A stretch of DNA of 62,895 nucleotides, the filler included. It is 5 parts of 5 records of this genome, joined end to end, with 100 filler letters (N's around TTAATTAATTAA, not from the genome) between each part and the next. Parts side by side here need not be neighbours in the genome. Positions count along the whole stretch, not along the records: positions 1 to 17,092 come from SRR7504441_2026; 4 more parts are not named here. One strand, 5' to 3'. Position 1 is the stretch's first letter, and every line of letters starts with the position of its first letter. Positions 1-14,130 of this stretch are shown one piece after another. The notes below the pieces were generated by a model that searched no databases, was not told where the DNA came from, and worked only from the letters and a program-made list of their open reading frames with translations. The translations under genes were made by a program, and so were the position numbers.

Positions 1-609
1 TGATCAGGGGTTTGGTGGCGCTGTGCGCTTGCGCGGTGGTGGCGAGGGCGGCGTTCGACATGCAGGAGGTGTGAGCCGGGCGACGAGGTGCAGATGCCTG
101 ACCCCCGTGCAGGTCCGGCTCCTGGATGGCGATGACCTGATGGGCCTCCCGCACCAGTATGTGAAGAAGGGCAAGGGCTTCAGCCACAAGGTGGCGAGGG
201 CTGCCGATTCAGACGTGAAGTATTGCCGATGCGTGAAAGAGGATTCGTCCAAAGGCATCTCGATCTGTAAGACCGGCTGCGGGAAACCCAACAAAAAATG
301 CACCGAGCTCAAAGATGTCCTGAACAGCAACTTCGGGTTGGGGCCTCTGTCGGGGTCTTCGTTGGGGCCTTTGTCGGGGCCGCGGTGACCACATCAATCC
401 ACATGTTTCTGCCGTTGATATTGCAGCCGGTGTTCTTGGCAGCTGCGACCATTCCTGCGTCCTTCGGGATGGTCATTATGACCTTTAACGAGTGCAAGGA
501 GGAATGCGCCAAGGCTGATATGATTATCCCAAAGAACGAAGCTGGCATCAAAGCTGCCAAGGGCACAGGCTGCAACTCCAATGGCAAAAATGTGTGGATC
601 GACATTTAG
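1..609 (+). pseudogene. Cys-rich secreted protein gene interrupted by an inverted paralogous fragment (possible pseudogene or chimera); start codon cut by the window edge
   Basis: Reads (M)IRGLVALCACAVVARAAFDMQE (signal peptide), GT-AG intron 69-112, then ...YCRCVKEDSSKGISICKTGCGKPNKKCTELKDVLNSNFG. It resumes as MTFNECKEECAKADMIIPKNEAGIKAAKGTGCNSNGKNVWIDI* (TAG 607-609) once about 337-476 is removed. Confidence 0.5.
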
Positions 610-1173
610 ACATTGACTAGGTTGCAACACCAACAGCAAAACGTGAGCGAGAACAGATAAATTACATGTTCACGAGCTGTCAAATCAACGGCTTTCCCAT
701 CATCTAAGGGCAACCGGGCAACTCGCCACGCTCGCCACTAATTAATGTATTCACTTGAAAGCAAGAGTACGATATCTACACTATTGTAGTATGCTTATAA
801 AGCGTTTGTGACATTCCCTCCGACCCTCGAGAGTGTTCCGACCTAAGGCTTGTGCACAATTGATTTCGATTTCATTGAACTCACAGAATCGCCACGCCAG
901 CCTGCTCGCGCCGGCCGCGGCAGCACAACGCAGGGCGGTTAAGGTTGAAGACGGTCGAAAAGCAGCCGTGCTTGAGTCCCCGAAGGATCTGGTGCACCGT
1001 CTCCTCGAGCCCGGCATTTTGACGATCGTGGATCCGCGGGGACGGGAGGAGCATCTGCAGGTGTCCGTTGTCGCAAATAATATCTTTTTTTTATACTTCA
1101 AGTTCTGCACGAGCCAAGGCCTGAGCGCAGGTGGCCGCTCGCCGGGAGTGTGCCAGTACAGAGCTCGGGAGCG

Positions 1174-2518
<1,345 letters not shown>

Positions 2519-2859
2519 GTCTCCATCAAACTAGAAATATACTCATTGAGCTCGATGGAGCTCAGAAGGGGTGCAATGGGTTCGCTGTGGGTCTAACAGC
2601 TAACACGTGGGGTGGATTGACTTCATGGTGCTCCTCTCTAGAAGAGGGCGCAGCGAGCTCTAAGCTAACGCAAGGGGGGTGGTGTAGGGTGTGCATTTTG
2701 CACACTTGGTGAACTAACATTTTAGGAGGGAATTTTCAGTGGCGTTTGTGAATAAAATAATATATACACCGTTTGAACATTCAATGTTGATCGCTGCCTA
2801 CTATCATATCCAACTGCGACCCAGGACCTCGATGTCTACTCGTGTCAATACTACTTAGT

Positions 2860-4534
2860 GTTTACTATTGTAGCCGCCTTCGATTAATATCAAAATTAAC
2901 ACGAAATTACTATGCATGTCGATGATAAGTCGATGAAAGAATCCGGCGGAGTTTGATGTCGACAATTCTTTCACCGACTCATCATCGACAGATACATATG
3001 CTATCGGGTTTGGTGTTGGCAGGAATTCTCTCAGATGGGTTGTCTGGCACTACCGACTACACTGGCTCGAAATCACAATGCCAGAGTCGGGCCCATGAAT
3101 ACTGAGAGCAGCTCCAACACAACTTTGGTGGTCGCCAGTGCCGTGCAAACGGACATGACAGTCATCCATCGTTCGTGAATGAAGACATCATAGAAACAAC
3201 CAAATCCGATAGCTTTGGCCCCATCAGGCTGGTCCCTGCATTTGGCCGCTCATTGGCTTGGAAATAACCTATTGTCACCTGATGTACGGCGCTGGCGGGT
3301 GGGCGTATGCAAATGGGTTGCATGATCCGTTTAGTTTAAAGTGGCTGCCCAATGCGGCCGATGCAAAGTGCAGGAGTAGACCAAAGACTCGATAGTCCAT
3401 GTAATCAGTTCCGAGCATGAAATGGCTGCAAAGAGGGTTAAACGCCCGCCCGGCAGGCCGCCCCACCCGATCATGGACCAGGCGTGCGAGTGAAGAATGT
3501 GGTGCCATGTGCCATCGTCCTGGGGCCAATTGGTGAAACTAGGCGGCCGCTCCTGCAACCTGGGCGATTGAGGCAAACTTGATGTTCCATAGGGCGTAGG
3601 CGACAACGTACGCATCGGTATGATTGTAGGTGAAGCTGGCCGCGCACTCTGAGGCTCAGTCGCGTCCTGGGCCACCTGGTCGCGCTGACGCTAGCAGGAG
3701 TGAATGTGGCGTAGATCAGGGTGGCAACAGTGAGCACAGCGCCAGAGACAACGTTCAACATAGCTGCCGTGGCCACCCCTGCATGCACCGTGAGCCGGTG
3801 ATGCGCACACGGCCGGCTCACCTTTGCCCTGGTGAATCTCATTCAATCTGTACTCCAGGACGACACATTCGCCAATGTTGAAAGTGAGCAGCAGCGCCGG
3901 CAGCCAGGTGGCCAGCCATGCGTAACCCGGCAGCTCCCAGTCCTGCCGCTCCAGGTCAGGTCCGCGGGCCGGCCAGCGCGCACCTGAGTGAGGCAGAACG
4001 TGCAGACCGCGATCTCCAGGAACGCGACTGCAAGGAATTTGCCATAAACAAACAGAGCCCAGAGCTGCCGATCCGACTTGTTACCGCGACCCAGACATCC
4101 AGGGCTGAGCCGGCACGCGAACGAGTAGAGCGCCTGCAGCCCCGGGCTTGAGGCCGTCGGCCAGAGGATCACCGAGCACTCCTGTCCGGGCAGCCGGCAG
4201 ACGTTCGAGAGCAGGAATCCGAGCGAGATTTGGGCGCGGATCGCATAGCTGCCGCACCGCGTCAGGCTGGACCGAGCCCAGGGCCCACCCGTTTGAGCCC
4301 ATCGAGGAGAGCGCGTGCACCGTTGCGAAGAAAGCCAGGCCCAACTATTGCCGGTTCAGCGGATCGCCGAGCCCGGCGGGTCACCGCGGCGGAGCCGACG
4401 AACTCGCGCACCAGCACCAACTCATTTCCCTGCACGGTTGGCTTCCAGTAGCCCGCACCCCGCCCTGATTTGTCGCGGTCCTCAATACGCATGCCTTTGA
4501 GAGGAGAGTGGACGATTCGGTAGGGAGACACCAT
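2860..4534 (-). CDS. Multi-exon, multi-pass membrane protein of unknown function (boundaries approximate)
   Basis: Hydrophobic minus-strand segments (LGLAFFATVHAL, LWALFVYGKFLAVAFLEIAVCTFCL, GVATAAMLNVVSGAVLTVATLIYATF, FGLLLHFASAAL) separated by GT..AG-bounded spacers. No family recognised. Confidence 0.4.
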
Positions 4535-4952
4535 CCCGAGTGCGCGTTCGAGAACACTTGAACAAGTTGTCTCTTCGGGCTACCGACGTTGCTCGCAGCG
4601 AGTACAGCACCTGTAGTCAGGTAGTGTCGCCAGACAGGTAGGTGCCCACTCCACACCAGCGCACCGCATGTATCTGAGAGTACGACTAATTTTATGTTTT
4701 ATTATGAGTACGGTTGTTGGGCCCCGCCCCGCTATCCTACCGCTACGTACGGTATCCAAATCCACTACGTGCACTGTCATTGTCGGTACGGTGATCGTGA
4801 TAATTTAACTGAAGACGAATCAAAGGTTTACAGCAATGCGACTCTTGCGTCATCTGTGTGGCAGTGGTGCAGTGCCGCCTACGAGGTTGGCTTGACTGCA
4901 GCACTTCCTCTTGCATCTATATAGTTGGCAAAAATTTCGAGGAGCACAGCTC

Positions 4953-7900
4953 TCAGAGATCACGCCTCCCCTCCACTTGGCACGAGAAGACAAACGAGAT
5001 CATGCTCGCCTCCGAATCTAGCTCCGACACTAGTTTGTCAGGAACTGTCTTGTTGCTATGATGATGCGCCCATTCATCAAGCTTCCCCTCGGCAGGTTTG
5101 TCCGCTTGTCCGCAGCAAAGCGATTTGCGGCATCCCCACCCCTCCGTATCAGACTGCGCTGCATCCAATATCTCCCAGCCATTCTGATCTGCTCCCACCT
5201 CGTTGCCCATTCGACTAGGTCTAAGGTTGACTGAGGTCAGGGTGTCCTCGTCGTCGCCATCTCGGCACACAGCAAACTGGGTCCCACCCTCATGCTTCAT
5301 GACAGTTGCTTGATAATCTCCACGCGCCTTTTTCACAAGAACCCTACATCCGACAAGCCCCTCCATCTTCTGAGGATCCACTGCCTCACACCGGGAGCAC
5401 TCTAGGCTCTCATGCAGAATCGAAAAGTTGTCGTCCTGCAGCTTGAAAATCTGTTTCAGATCTTCGGATGAGAACATGCCTTTGATCTCCACTTGCGCAT
5501 CAGCGGAGCACGAACCAGCTACCATATCTTGCAAGCCCTCTTTGGACAGCTGCCGCTGATAGACCTTCTCTTCGATGGTGCCAGCAGCCACAAATCTATA
5601 GATATAGCACTGCTTCTTTTGGCCATCGCGCCAGACTCGTGCAGCCGCCTGTTTGTCATTTGCAGGATTCCAATCCGGATCGAAAAGGATGAGTCTGTTG
5701 GCGCCAATCAGGTTCAGGCCGCACCCTCCCGCCTTGCTGCTCAGCAGAAACACAAACTCGTCGCGCTTCAGGTCGTTCAGCTGGTCTACCAGAGCTTGCC
5801 GCTTCTTGGTCGCGACACTACCATCTAGCCTGATCACTGGGTAGTTGCTCTCACGGCACAGCGTGCCAACAATATCTAGGGTCTGGGTGAAGTTGGACAC
5901 AATCACAATCCGGTCCTTTGTCTCTGATCGCATCTTGGCCAGCATCTGGCTGAGCAGCCACATCTTCCCGGAGAGCTCAGGCTGCGATCCGACCCGGCTG
6001 ATACGGTCAAACCCGTCGGGAAAGTAGACCTCACAGCCATCCAGACCGACCGCTGCAGGGTTATCAGAGGCCCGCATCGCTTCATACACCAGCCTGGGAT
6101 GATTGACCAGCTTCTTTAGCGTGGTAATCAGCGGTAGCACATCACACCGCTTGCCCTTGACAAGATCTCTTGCCGCCTTGGAGTGCAGCAGATGGTCGTA
6201 AAGCTGCTTCTGCATCGAAGTGAGCTTGCAGCAGACAATCTGCATCACTTTGGGAGGCAGATGGGCCGACAACAGCGCGTTGGTTCGCCGAATCACAAAC
6301 TGATTGGTCAGGTTGGACATAGCCTGCGACGCTGCCTCACCCTTTTCACGTCGCTTATCGCTTGCATCAGGCTCACGAGCACGCAGGATTGGGTTTTCGT
6401 AGTTCTTTCGAAACTCGGCTTCGGTGCCAAAGACATCGGGGTTGCAGAACGAGGCCATGGCGTAGAATTCCTCCAGATCGTTCTGCATAGGAGTGCCTGA
6501 GAGCAGCACACGGCGCTTGCAGTCTAGGTTATTCAGGGTCCGGTTCGTAATTGTCTTCTCATTCTTCAGGCGATGGGCCTCTGCAAGTTGAGAGAGATCA
6601 GGCTTGGCTCAGTGGCGGGCGCACCGTCGCATATCAGCAGATCGCAGACGTCTTTGCACTTAAACAGCCGCTCAGAATGGATCCTAAACGTCTCATATGA
6701 TATGATCAAGATTGGGAATCGGCTCCGTGCGTGGACAAAGTCCATGATCCCTAGAATAACAGCATCGCGACTCGATTCCGACAGAGCAACACAAGCCGCC
6801 CTGCCACCTCAAGCTTATGCACCGGCTCCCGCAAGGAATTGATCACCGCGGGTTGTCGGCACCCAGCCACTTTTTGATTTCGTTCTCCCAGTTGCGAACC
6901 AAACTGTACAAAAGCGAGCGTGTGAGATCGAGACAGCAGGGTTGAAGCCGCACCTGGTCGGGCAGACAACAATCACACGCTTTGCGATGGGCTTTGGTTC
7001 TCCAGTCTCCGGATCCAGCTCCATCGACTGGGTCAGGCAAGTGTACATCAGCGTAATTGACTGCAGGGTCTTTCCAAGCCCCATGTCTGCACAAATCACG
7101 GGTCAGACACCACGCGACCGCGACCCGCGTAGGCGTTTAGGCACTGAACAGCAATCAGTAGGCAGGCACCGTCAGCTAGAATGCAGCCGTTCCTGTCGCC
7201 CCATCAGACCCAGCGCAGGGAGCGCTGCGCACCCGCGGAAGGTGTCAGACTGCTCCTGCCGCATCCCAGCGATGCACTCGAACACAAACTGGACGCCCTC
7301 CCTCTGGTGAGGCCTCAGGAATTTGGCAATCTGGTGCGGCACTTCCACCTGGTCAATCTCAGCACGCCGGGTGTGGCGACAGCAGCCCGACCTGCTTTGG
7401 AGTTCCTTCGGGTGCATCAGGAGGGCACTCCCACAGAACCAGTGGTTCGAAAGCGGGATCGTCAGAGGCCTCGGCCTCCAGTAGCAGGGAGTGCGACTCG
7501 GGCTTGCCTAACTGGGTCGATGCCAGAGGCCCTCCGTTTGAGCACCGGCGCATCCCCAGCGTCTTCCCAACCCGCCGGGTAGAGTCGACAGCTGTGTTAA
7601 CAGGCCGGCGACCCGACCAGGGCCGCTTATACGCCGCTTGGAGTTTAGGCACAGTCAACCCGGCGCAGATCGGAGCACGACGAACCACCAGCCCTCCTCC
7701 AAGTAGCGCCCGCCGATTCACCTCCTTGAGCTCACGGAGCGAGCTCACCCTGGGACCGTCGTCGGTCTCGTCGTCCTGGTCGCCCTCCTGCTTGGCCGGC
7801 ACTGCGGTGCTGTTTGCCATCGTGCGTGCTGCCTTTTGGCCGACCAGGAGCGTATCCTGGCCTCCCGGCTTCTTACGCTTCATCCCAAGGGATCGTTTTG

Positions 7901-8252
7901 GCTGGTTGGAGGGCAGTGAGGCCAGCGGCGCAGCTTTGGATGGCGCAGCTTTGGACGGCACAGCAGCCTCTGGTGCCACATCTACGCTGGGCTTGCTGGG
8001 CTTGGGCGGACTGGCTGCCGGAGCCTTGGCCACGCTAGCTGGCTCGACCGCCATCGCCACTGCCTTGGCAGCGGTGGGTGGGGCTGCGTGACGAGGTCCG
8101 TCTGGGCTGGCGCGGGGAGGCTTGTGGACTGCGGCTCCCGGGGTCTTCTGCGTCGAAGGCTCGACACGGGCAACCTGGGGGGTGGCTGTGTCGCTGGCCA
8201 CCGGGGCCTGCCTCCTGCTGCTCAAACTAAGCAGCGACTTGTTCAGCGGCAT
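4953..8252 (-). CDS. RAD54: DNA repair and recombination SNF2-family ATPase RAD54
   Basis: FLRPHQREGVQF, GCILADDMGLGKTLQ, ICDEAHRLKN, LLSGTPMQNDL, IVSNFTQTLD, LLSSKAGGCGLNLIGANRL, DPDWNPANDKQAAARVWRDGQKK. Short GT-AG introns between 6580 and 7380. Confidence 0.95.
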
Positions 8253-8371
8253 CTGATACAGCTCGCTGCCCGCACCATCTCACCTCTGCCCGTCTCGCCG
8301 GCGCTCCGAGTTCACCGCGCCGCTGTGCGGGCTGCGGGGCGCCAGGTGCTGCTTGAATTTCAACGGACGCG

Positions 8372-9171
8372 ATGGTGCATACCTCCGACTCGCCCGGGCT
8401 GACCGTGGCGTGGGGCAGAGCGTGCAATGGACGTTCGTGTTTGTGGTGCTGGTGGTCGAGCTGGTGGTACTGGCCATCCTGTGTGTGCCCTGGCCCAAGG
8501 TGGTCCAAGAAGCCATCGTCAAGGTCGGACCCTCACCAGTGCAGCAGCCCTCAACCGGGCGGCAGGGCGTCGGGCTCAGCTCCCAGCTCAAGGCCCTGGT
8601 CTCTCTGCTCAAGTGCCCCGCCTCCCCGTCGCTGGCACCCAGCCGCGGGACAGGTGGACCTTCGGGATCGTGCTCATCCTCTTCCTGGATGCTGTCCGGC
8701 AAGTGTACCAGAAGACGGGCACAGACAACCTGAGCTCGCTGGAGTCAAAGCACGACCACCGGTCGTTCGAGTCGCGGATGTACGAGCAGGCAAGCCTGTT
8801 CAGGGCAGAACGCAATCTGTATTTGGCTGGGTTTGTGCTGGTGCTCGGGCTGGTGCTGAACAAGGTCTTGAGCAAGTATGATAGTGTCGCTCATGCTATT
8901 TCCTCAGGTCTACTCTCTGATGGCCGAGGTTGCCACGGCCAACCGTGACCTGGATAAGACCAAGACCAACCTGGAGGTGATGAAGAAGATGAGCGCCAAC
9001 AACGCTGCAGCAATGAAGGACCCCGAGTTTGTCAAGCTGATGGCACAAGCCAATGCCAAAGAACAGCCCGAGGAAGACACAGTCAGCCCCGAAGAGCTTC
9101 CACCGGTCCCTGCCAAAGACCCTGCCGAAGAGACTGGTTTGCGGCAGCGGTCCAACAAGAAGAGCGATTGA
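8372..9171 (+). CDS. BCAP31: B-cell receptor-associated protein 31/29-like ER membrane protein
   Basis: Spliced N-terminus MSVQWTFVFVVLVVELVVLAILCVPWP, conserved LFRAERNLYLAGFVLVL, coiled coil, C-terminal dilysine KKSD*. Confidence 0.85.
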
Positions 9172-9382
9172 GCCCCGAAAAACCGAAGCCTGACTGCCTG
9201 AGTTTAGCCCGGGATATTGATCCATCCGACTATAGAGCTCTAGGCCGGCTGTCACCGCTCATGGCTCCGCCACGCGTGATTGATATTGGAAGGCCGGCCA
9301 TTTTATAGCATTACATGATTGTACATGTGCAGATTTTATTTCGAATCGGGCATTATGATATGATTAATTTTGTTGATTTGTG

Positions 9383-11068
9383 TCAGGTCTCGTAGTCGGC
9401 AGGCAACCAGAATCCGGTCTTTCCAGCCACAGCGCATTGCTTTCTGTCGAACCCGTGTGTATCTGGCGGCAAACCTGACGCATTGCTCGCTGCCCAGAAC
9501 CGCGCGAGCATGGAGCGCAGTAAAGCCGGCTCACTCAGCGAGATGTCGTGCCTCTCCTCCGGGTCGTTATTCAAGTCAAACAGGCAGTGCTCTGCACACA
9601 TGTCCCAATGGAGAACGCCGCTGTGGGCACTCACGTTGGACGTGGACAGGGGGGCATGCACGTCCCAGCCCGGGTAGCCGACGATCAGTTTGTGTGCTCC
9701 CACCATCAGCGCCCCGCCACAGAACGATGATGCAGCGCATGAGAACCGTCGGTCTCTGCGTGTGGCGACACACGATTCGGTCTCTGGGCTCCAGTCGCAT
9801 TGAGGCTGCCGATTGCAGTTGTACTGTGTGGCAGCTACTGCAGACGAGCAGTTGACGCTCGTGGGCTTGGGGTTGTACTGGTTGACAATCATGTGCACAA
9901 TCTCCTTGCGTGGGCTTGGGAGCCCATTACGAATCGCGCCCCAAAGGCTCATGCCATCGAGTGGCCGCGGCCCCGAATCCGCGGGGATGCTCACTCCAGC
10001 CAGCTCGGCGAAAGTCGGCTGTACGTCGGACACATGGGCCAGTCCATTAAAGCTGGTGCCACGCACTGCCTCTGGGAGCAATTCAGTGTCGGGTGAATAA
10101 ATGAAAGCGGGCACCCGAAGCCCTCCCTCCCACAGCGTAGCCTTCCCGCCTCTCAACGGCAGGTTGTTCTGAGGGCTCGGCTGGCCTAGGCCGGTGAACG
10201 GATCGCCTCCATCCACCGGGCCTCCATTGTCTGAGTTAAACAATAAAACTGTGCGCGACCACAGCCCGGCCCGATCGAGCGCCTGCGTGATGTTGCCAGC
10301 CACCCAGTCCATCGCAAGCACCATGGCGCTCAGCACCCGCCGCCCTTTATCCATTGTGGCTGGGAACCGTGCCAAGACGTCCGCCGGCGCCTCAAATGGG
10401 CCGTGGACCGACTGGAGCGTGAGGTACAGGTAGAGCGGTATGTCGGGGCCCGGATGCGCAGCGATGATCCGCTCGGCCTCGGCAGTGTACATGTAGCTCG
10501 AGTACTCGCCACGGTGTGCCACCGGGCGCAGGCTGCTCCCGCTGTTGTTGTTCATGTCTACCAGACTGTCGCACTTGCAGGCGGCTTTGCACTGGTTGGC
10601 CGCGAAGGTGTGGTTCCAGTAGTCCTCCATCCCATTGTGATAACCCAGCCAGCTGTCAAACCCGCGGTACGTCGGCGTCCAGGCTCGCTCGCTGAACCCG
10701 AGGTGCCACTTGCCCAAAAGATGCGTCCGATACCCAGCGCGTTTGAGCAGCTGCGGCGTGAGGGTAAAGTCGAGCGGCACGTCAGGGCCGTTGCCGTAGT
10801 AGCCCACGTTGTGAGGGTACCGGCCGGTTAGGATGCTCGCCCGGCTCGGAGCGCAGTACTTCCAGGCATAGAATCGGTTCAGCCGTACGCCCTGCTCGGC
10901 CAGCCGGGTGAGCGTTGGGGTCTGGATCGCGCTATTGTGCCAGCCGACGTCGTTGTAACCCAGGTCGTCGGCGAGGATGTGGACGATGTGGATCGGGCCG
11001 GTGCTGTTGCGACCAGCTCCGGCCGAAGACAACACTGCCAGGCAGCACCAGCCAAAGAGCCGCCGCAT
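9383..11068 (-). CDS. Secreted formylglycine-dependent (S1) sulfatase, arylsulfatase B-like; intronless
   Basis: Signal peptide, ILADDLG, CAPSRASILTGRY, GKWHLG, SDNGG, LRGGKATLWEGG. Confidence 0.93.
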   Translation of the reverse strand: MRRLFGWCCLAVLSSAGAGRNSTGPIHIVHILADDLGYNDVGWHNSAIQTPTLTRLAEQGVRLNRFYAWKYCAPSRASILTGRYPHNVGYYGNGPDVPLDFTLTPQLLKRAGYRTHLLGKWHLGFSERAWTPTYRGFDSWLGYHNGMEDYWNHTFAANQCKAACKCDSLVDMNNNSGSSLRPVAHRGEYSSYMYTAEAERIIAAHPGPDIPLYLYLTLQSVHGPFEAPADVLARFPATMDKGRRVLSAMVLAMDWVAGNITQALDRAGLWSRTVLLFNSDNGGPVDGGDPFTGLGQPSPQNNLPLRGGKATLWEGGLRVPAFIYSPDTELLPEAVRGTSFNGLAHVSDVQPTFAELAGVSIPADSGPRPLDGMSLWGAIRNGLPSPRKEIVHMIVNQYNPKPTSVNCSSAVAATQYNCNRQPQCDWSPETESCVATRRDRRFSCAASSFCGGALMVGAHKLIVGYPGWDVHAPLSTSNVSAHSGVLHWDMCAEHCLFDLNNDPEERHDISLSEPALLRSMLARFWAASNASGLPPDTHGFDRKQCAVAGKTGFWLPADYET

Positions 11069-11149
11069 TGGCTGCCGTGTGAGTGCCGTTAGATCTCGGG
11101 TGGACTCGGTGGGCGTCGCGGGTCAGGCTCAGCGCTGGTACAGCGCTGG

Positions 11150-12908
11150 ATGAATTCGACGCAGCACAACAGCGGAGACAGCAGCCTGGACACAGCACTC
11201 CGCAACCAGTGGTGTGACTGGGCCAGAGCGGCGGCCCCGGATGAGCTGATCCCCGTCCTCAACAGTCACCTCGCCACCCGCAGCTGCCTCGTGCGCCACA
11301 CCAAAACAGCTGCCGACCAGGCCGTGGCTGAGGCCGTAAAACGCTGCCCTGACTGGTCGGTACAGCCTGTGCGACACGCGCACCCGCACTTGTTTCGATG
11401 GCTTCGATTTGTGGGCGGAAGGCCTCTCCTAGAGCTCTCAGACGAGCTGTCGGTAGTGCTGGGGGAAGACTGTGCGAGCTGTGAGCATCACGCGAGTCAG
11501 ATGTGGGCACGGGCACAGCAGGCACCTGGAATCGCTGTGATCGGGCTCGACACAGAGTGGGGGGATGGCCCTGGAGCTGTCTCCCAGGCTGTGCTGCTCC
11601 AGCTCTGCGACTCCGTGTGCGCGCTGCTTATCCGGCTGCCTGGGTGCCTACCCTCTCCTAGCCTGGAGGCGTTGCTGCTTGATACGCGGCACACAGTCAA
11701 GGCAGGGGTGGCAATCATGGGAGATGCTGCCCTACTGGCGGATGCTGGGCTCACCACTAGGTCGTGCGTCGACCTCCGAGGCCCTGCAGCGGTGTGTGGC
11801 AGCCTGTAGCGTCGGTAGCCTGAAACAGTGCTCGGGGATGCAGGCGCAGGGGATCCACGACCAAGGCCGGAACGGACTTCAGGCGCTCACCAGGGCTGCA
11901 CTGGGACGCGATCTCAGTAAGGATCCGAGGGTGAGGTGCGGGGATTGGACAGCTAGACCGCTGACTCCAAAACAAATCAAGTACGCGGCTCTGGATGCCC
12001 TGGCAGGCCGGCTGATCCTATTGGAAATGCACAACCGGGGCGGAGCTTGCTGCGAGCTCGAGGAGTTTGTCAGACCCTTCGTCGACCTGGCAGCTGTTGC
12101 CAAGACTGGGAGCAGGCAAGTCCGAAGCAGCTCCGGTGATGCATCAGCTCACCAGCTGCGGATGGCTGAGTCGTGTGGGCTGACAGGTCCTCGGGCAATC
12201 CATAAAGAGACCACAGCACCTGTGAGGAAGAAAGGGAACACTCTGTACAAACATAAAGGCATGGACAACCAGTGTGTGGCCTGTGCGGAGACGGAGCGGC
12301 TGCACCGAGTGTATGTGGTCCCACACTGCTTTCGGACCCACCTCCCGGCCCAATACAAGACCGGCCATCATGACATCGTCTTACTCTGCAACCGATGCTA
12401 CAAGAAGATCGAGCCTGCATCGATTCGCCACCGCCAGCAGCTGTTTCGTGCGGCCGGTGTGGACCAAAACGCGAGGCGTTTTCGCTCCAACCTCACCCAG
12501 CAGCAGTCAGCTCTGCGAAATGCGGCCCGCGTATTAGAGCGGCACGGGGATTCACTGCCGGCGGCTAGGGTGCAAGCACTACGAGCGGAGCTACGGACTT
12601 TATTGGGGACTGATCCATCTGTAGACGAGATTAGGGCGCTGGCCGAGCTGGACGTTGTCGTTGAAGTGGAGGGGTTTGCACCTCCAGAGCAGCAGGTGGT
12701 CAACTTATTGCTAAAGCCTGGATGTGGCTCCGAGGTGGACCATGCTAGATACACTGAGTTCGTCCAAGGGTGGAGGCAACTGCTTGTCAACACCCTAAAT
12801 CCGAAGCACTTGCCTAATGGCTGGTCAATAGAAGGGCCATCGGAGGCGTTTGGAGGGCCACATGGAGTCCGACCGCGCCGAGGAGCTCATGAGGTCGACC
12901 CAGGGTAA
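11150..12908 (+). CDS. EXD2: EXD2/WRN-type DEDDy 3'-5' exonuclease with C-terminal HNH-like domain
   Basis: Exo I GLDTEW, Exo III YAALDA, DWTARPLTPKQIKYA, HNH-like CVAC...VVPHCFRTHLP...HDIVLLCNRC. One GT-AG intron at about 11792-11843 joins the two ORFs. Confidence 0.8.
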
Positions 12909-13188
12909 TGATCTGACCCGCTAGGACTATGCTATTACAATGCTATCATATATACAATGCAGGCGTAGAAACGTCACCTAGGCTTTTTGGCCGCCAGCCT
13001 GGACTACTCAGTCTGTCTAGGAATAACCGTATGATCTGTAACGACGAGAATACCTCAAGATGGTGGGTCATCAATAGATCCAGTGCCCCGCCACTGTGTG
13101 GCTCTTCTAAATGCACGCTTAGCCCATGTCGACCCCATGCTCACCGCCATTCATCTCTCGGCGGCAGTCCCAGGTGGCCCCGCCGCCC

Positions 13189-13942
13189 ATGTCGCTCGAC
13201 AGCCCGCGCAGCCCGCGCAAACGGCCCAGCTTGATTCACGCCAACGGGACGCTCAGCTCGCCGCGGGGGAGTATGCTGTGCAGCCAAGAGGCGTGCGGCC
13301 GGCTGCGGGAGTCAGTGGTCAACCTCGCTGGGACGGATGTCTTCAGAGCCAGCGCGCTGCTGGACAGCGTGGGCAAGCTCAGGCCGTCACTGCTCCTGGC
13401 AGGGCTGCCAGGGTCCCCCAACAGTCCCGCCCTCTCTCCAACTGCGCGCAAGTCTCCCACAATGTCCCCGACCAGTGACGCATACGGCCGGTTGGCCGCA
13501 CTGACAGCCTGGCACGCTCTCTACTCGGATGCTCCAGAGCCGACCTGAGATAGATAAGGCAACTGCTGAAGCTTTCGAGATGCTGCGTGGGGCGGGTGAA
13601 ATGAACGCGGCGACAGCTGTCGCTGCGGAGAGTAGAGGCGCCCTGGCACGAAAAAGGGTAAAGGAATTGCACGAGCTAGGACAGCAAAAGTTGCAGCTAG
13701 TTCAAGAATTGCAAGCTGCCGAGAAGAAGATGAGTGCTCTAAAGAAGCAACATTCGATGACTACCGACAAACTGTCAAGCACTGAGATGAGCTTGCAAAC
13801 TGCACTGAGCACGATTCAGGAGCTGGAGGAGGCCAATGCACAACTGCGACGGAATCTCCATCAAAAGGTACTGGCCGAACGCAGCCAAGAAGCTAGTAAT
13901 GTCACATGTAAGACGTCGGATGCCGACGAGGTTGCTGATTAG
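13189..13942 (+). CDS. Hypothetical protein, Ser/Pro-rich N-terminus plus coiled coil
   Basis: MSLDSPRSPRKRPSL... followed by the heptad-rich ORF 13529-13942; splice junction not resolved. Confidence 0.45.
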
Positions 13943-14130
13943 CGCTGGTTTAATCATATCAATTAACATCAAATTGATCCACTGCCTCTAGCTAGATCTT
14001 CCAGCGACTAGCAGATCTAGAACACTTCTATCTAATTCTTCTACTTATCATATAATTATATAATTATTCCTAGTAAAGTACATCAGCATCAGATTAATAC
14101 GTACCGTAGTGTTCGTGTATTTAATCACGA

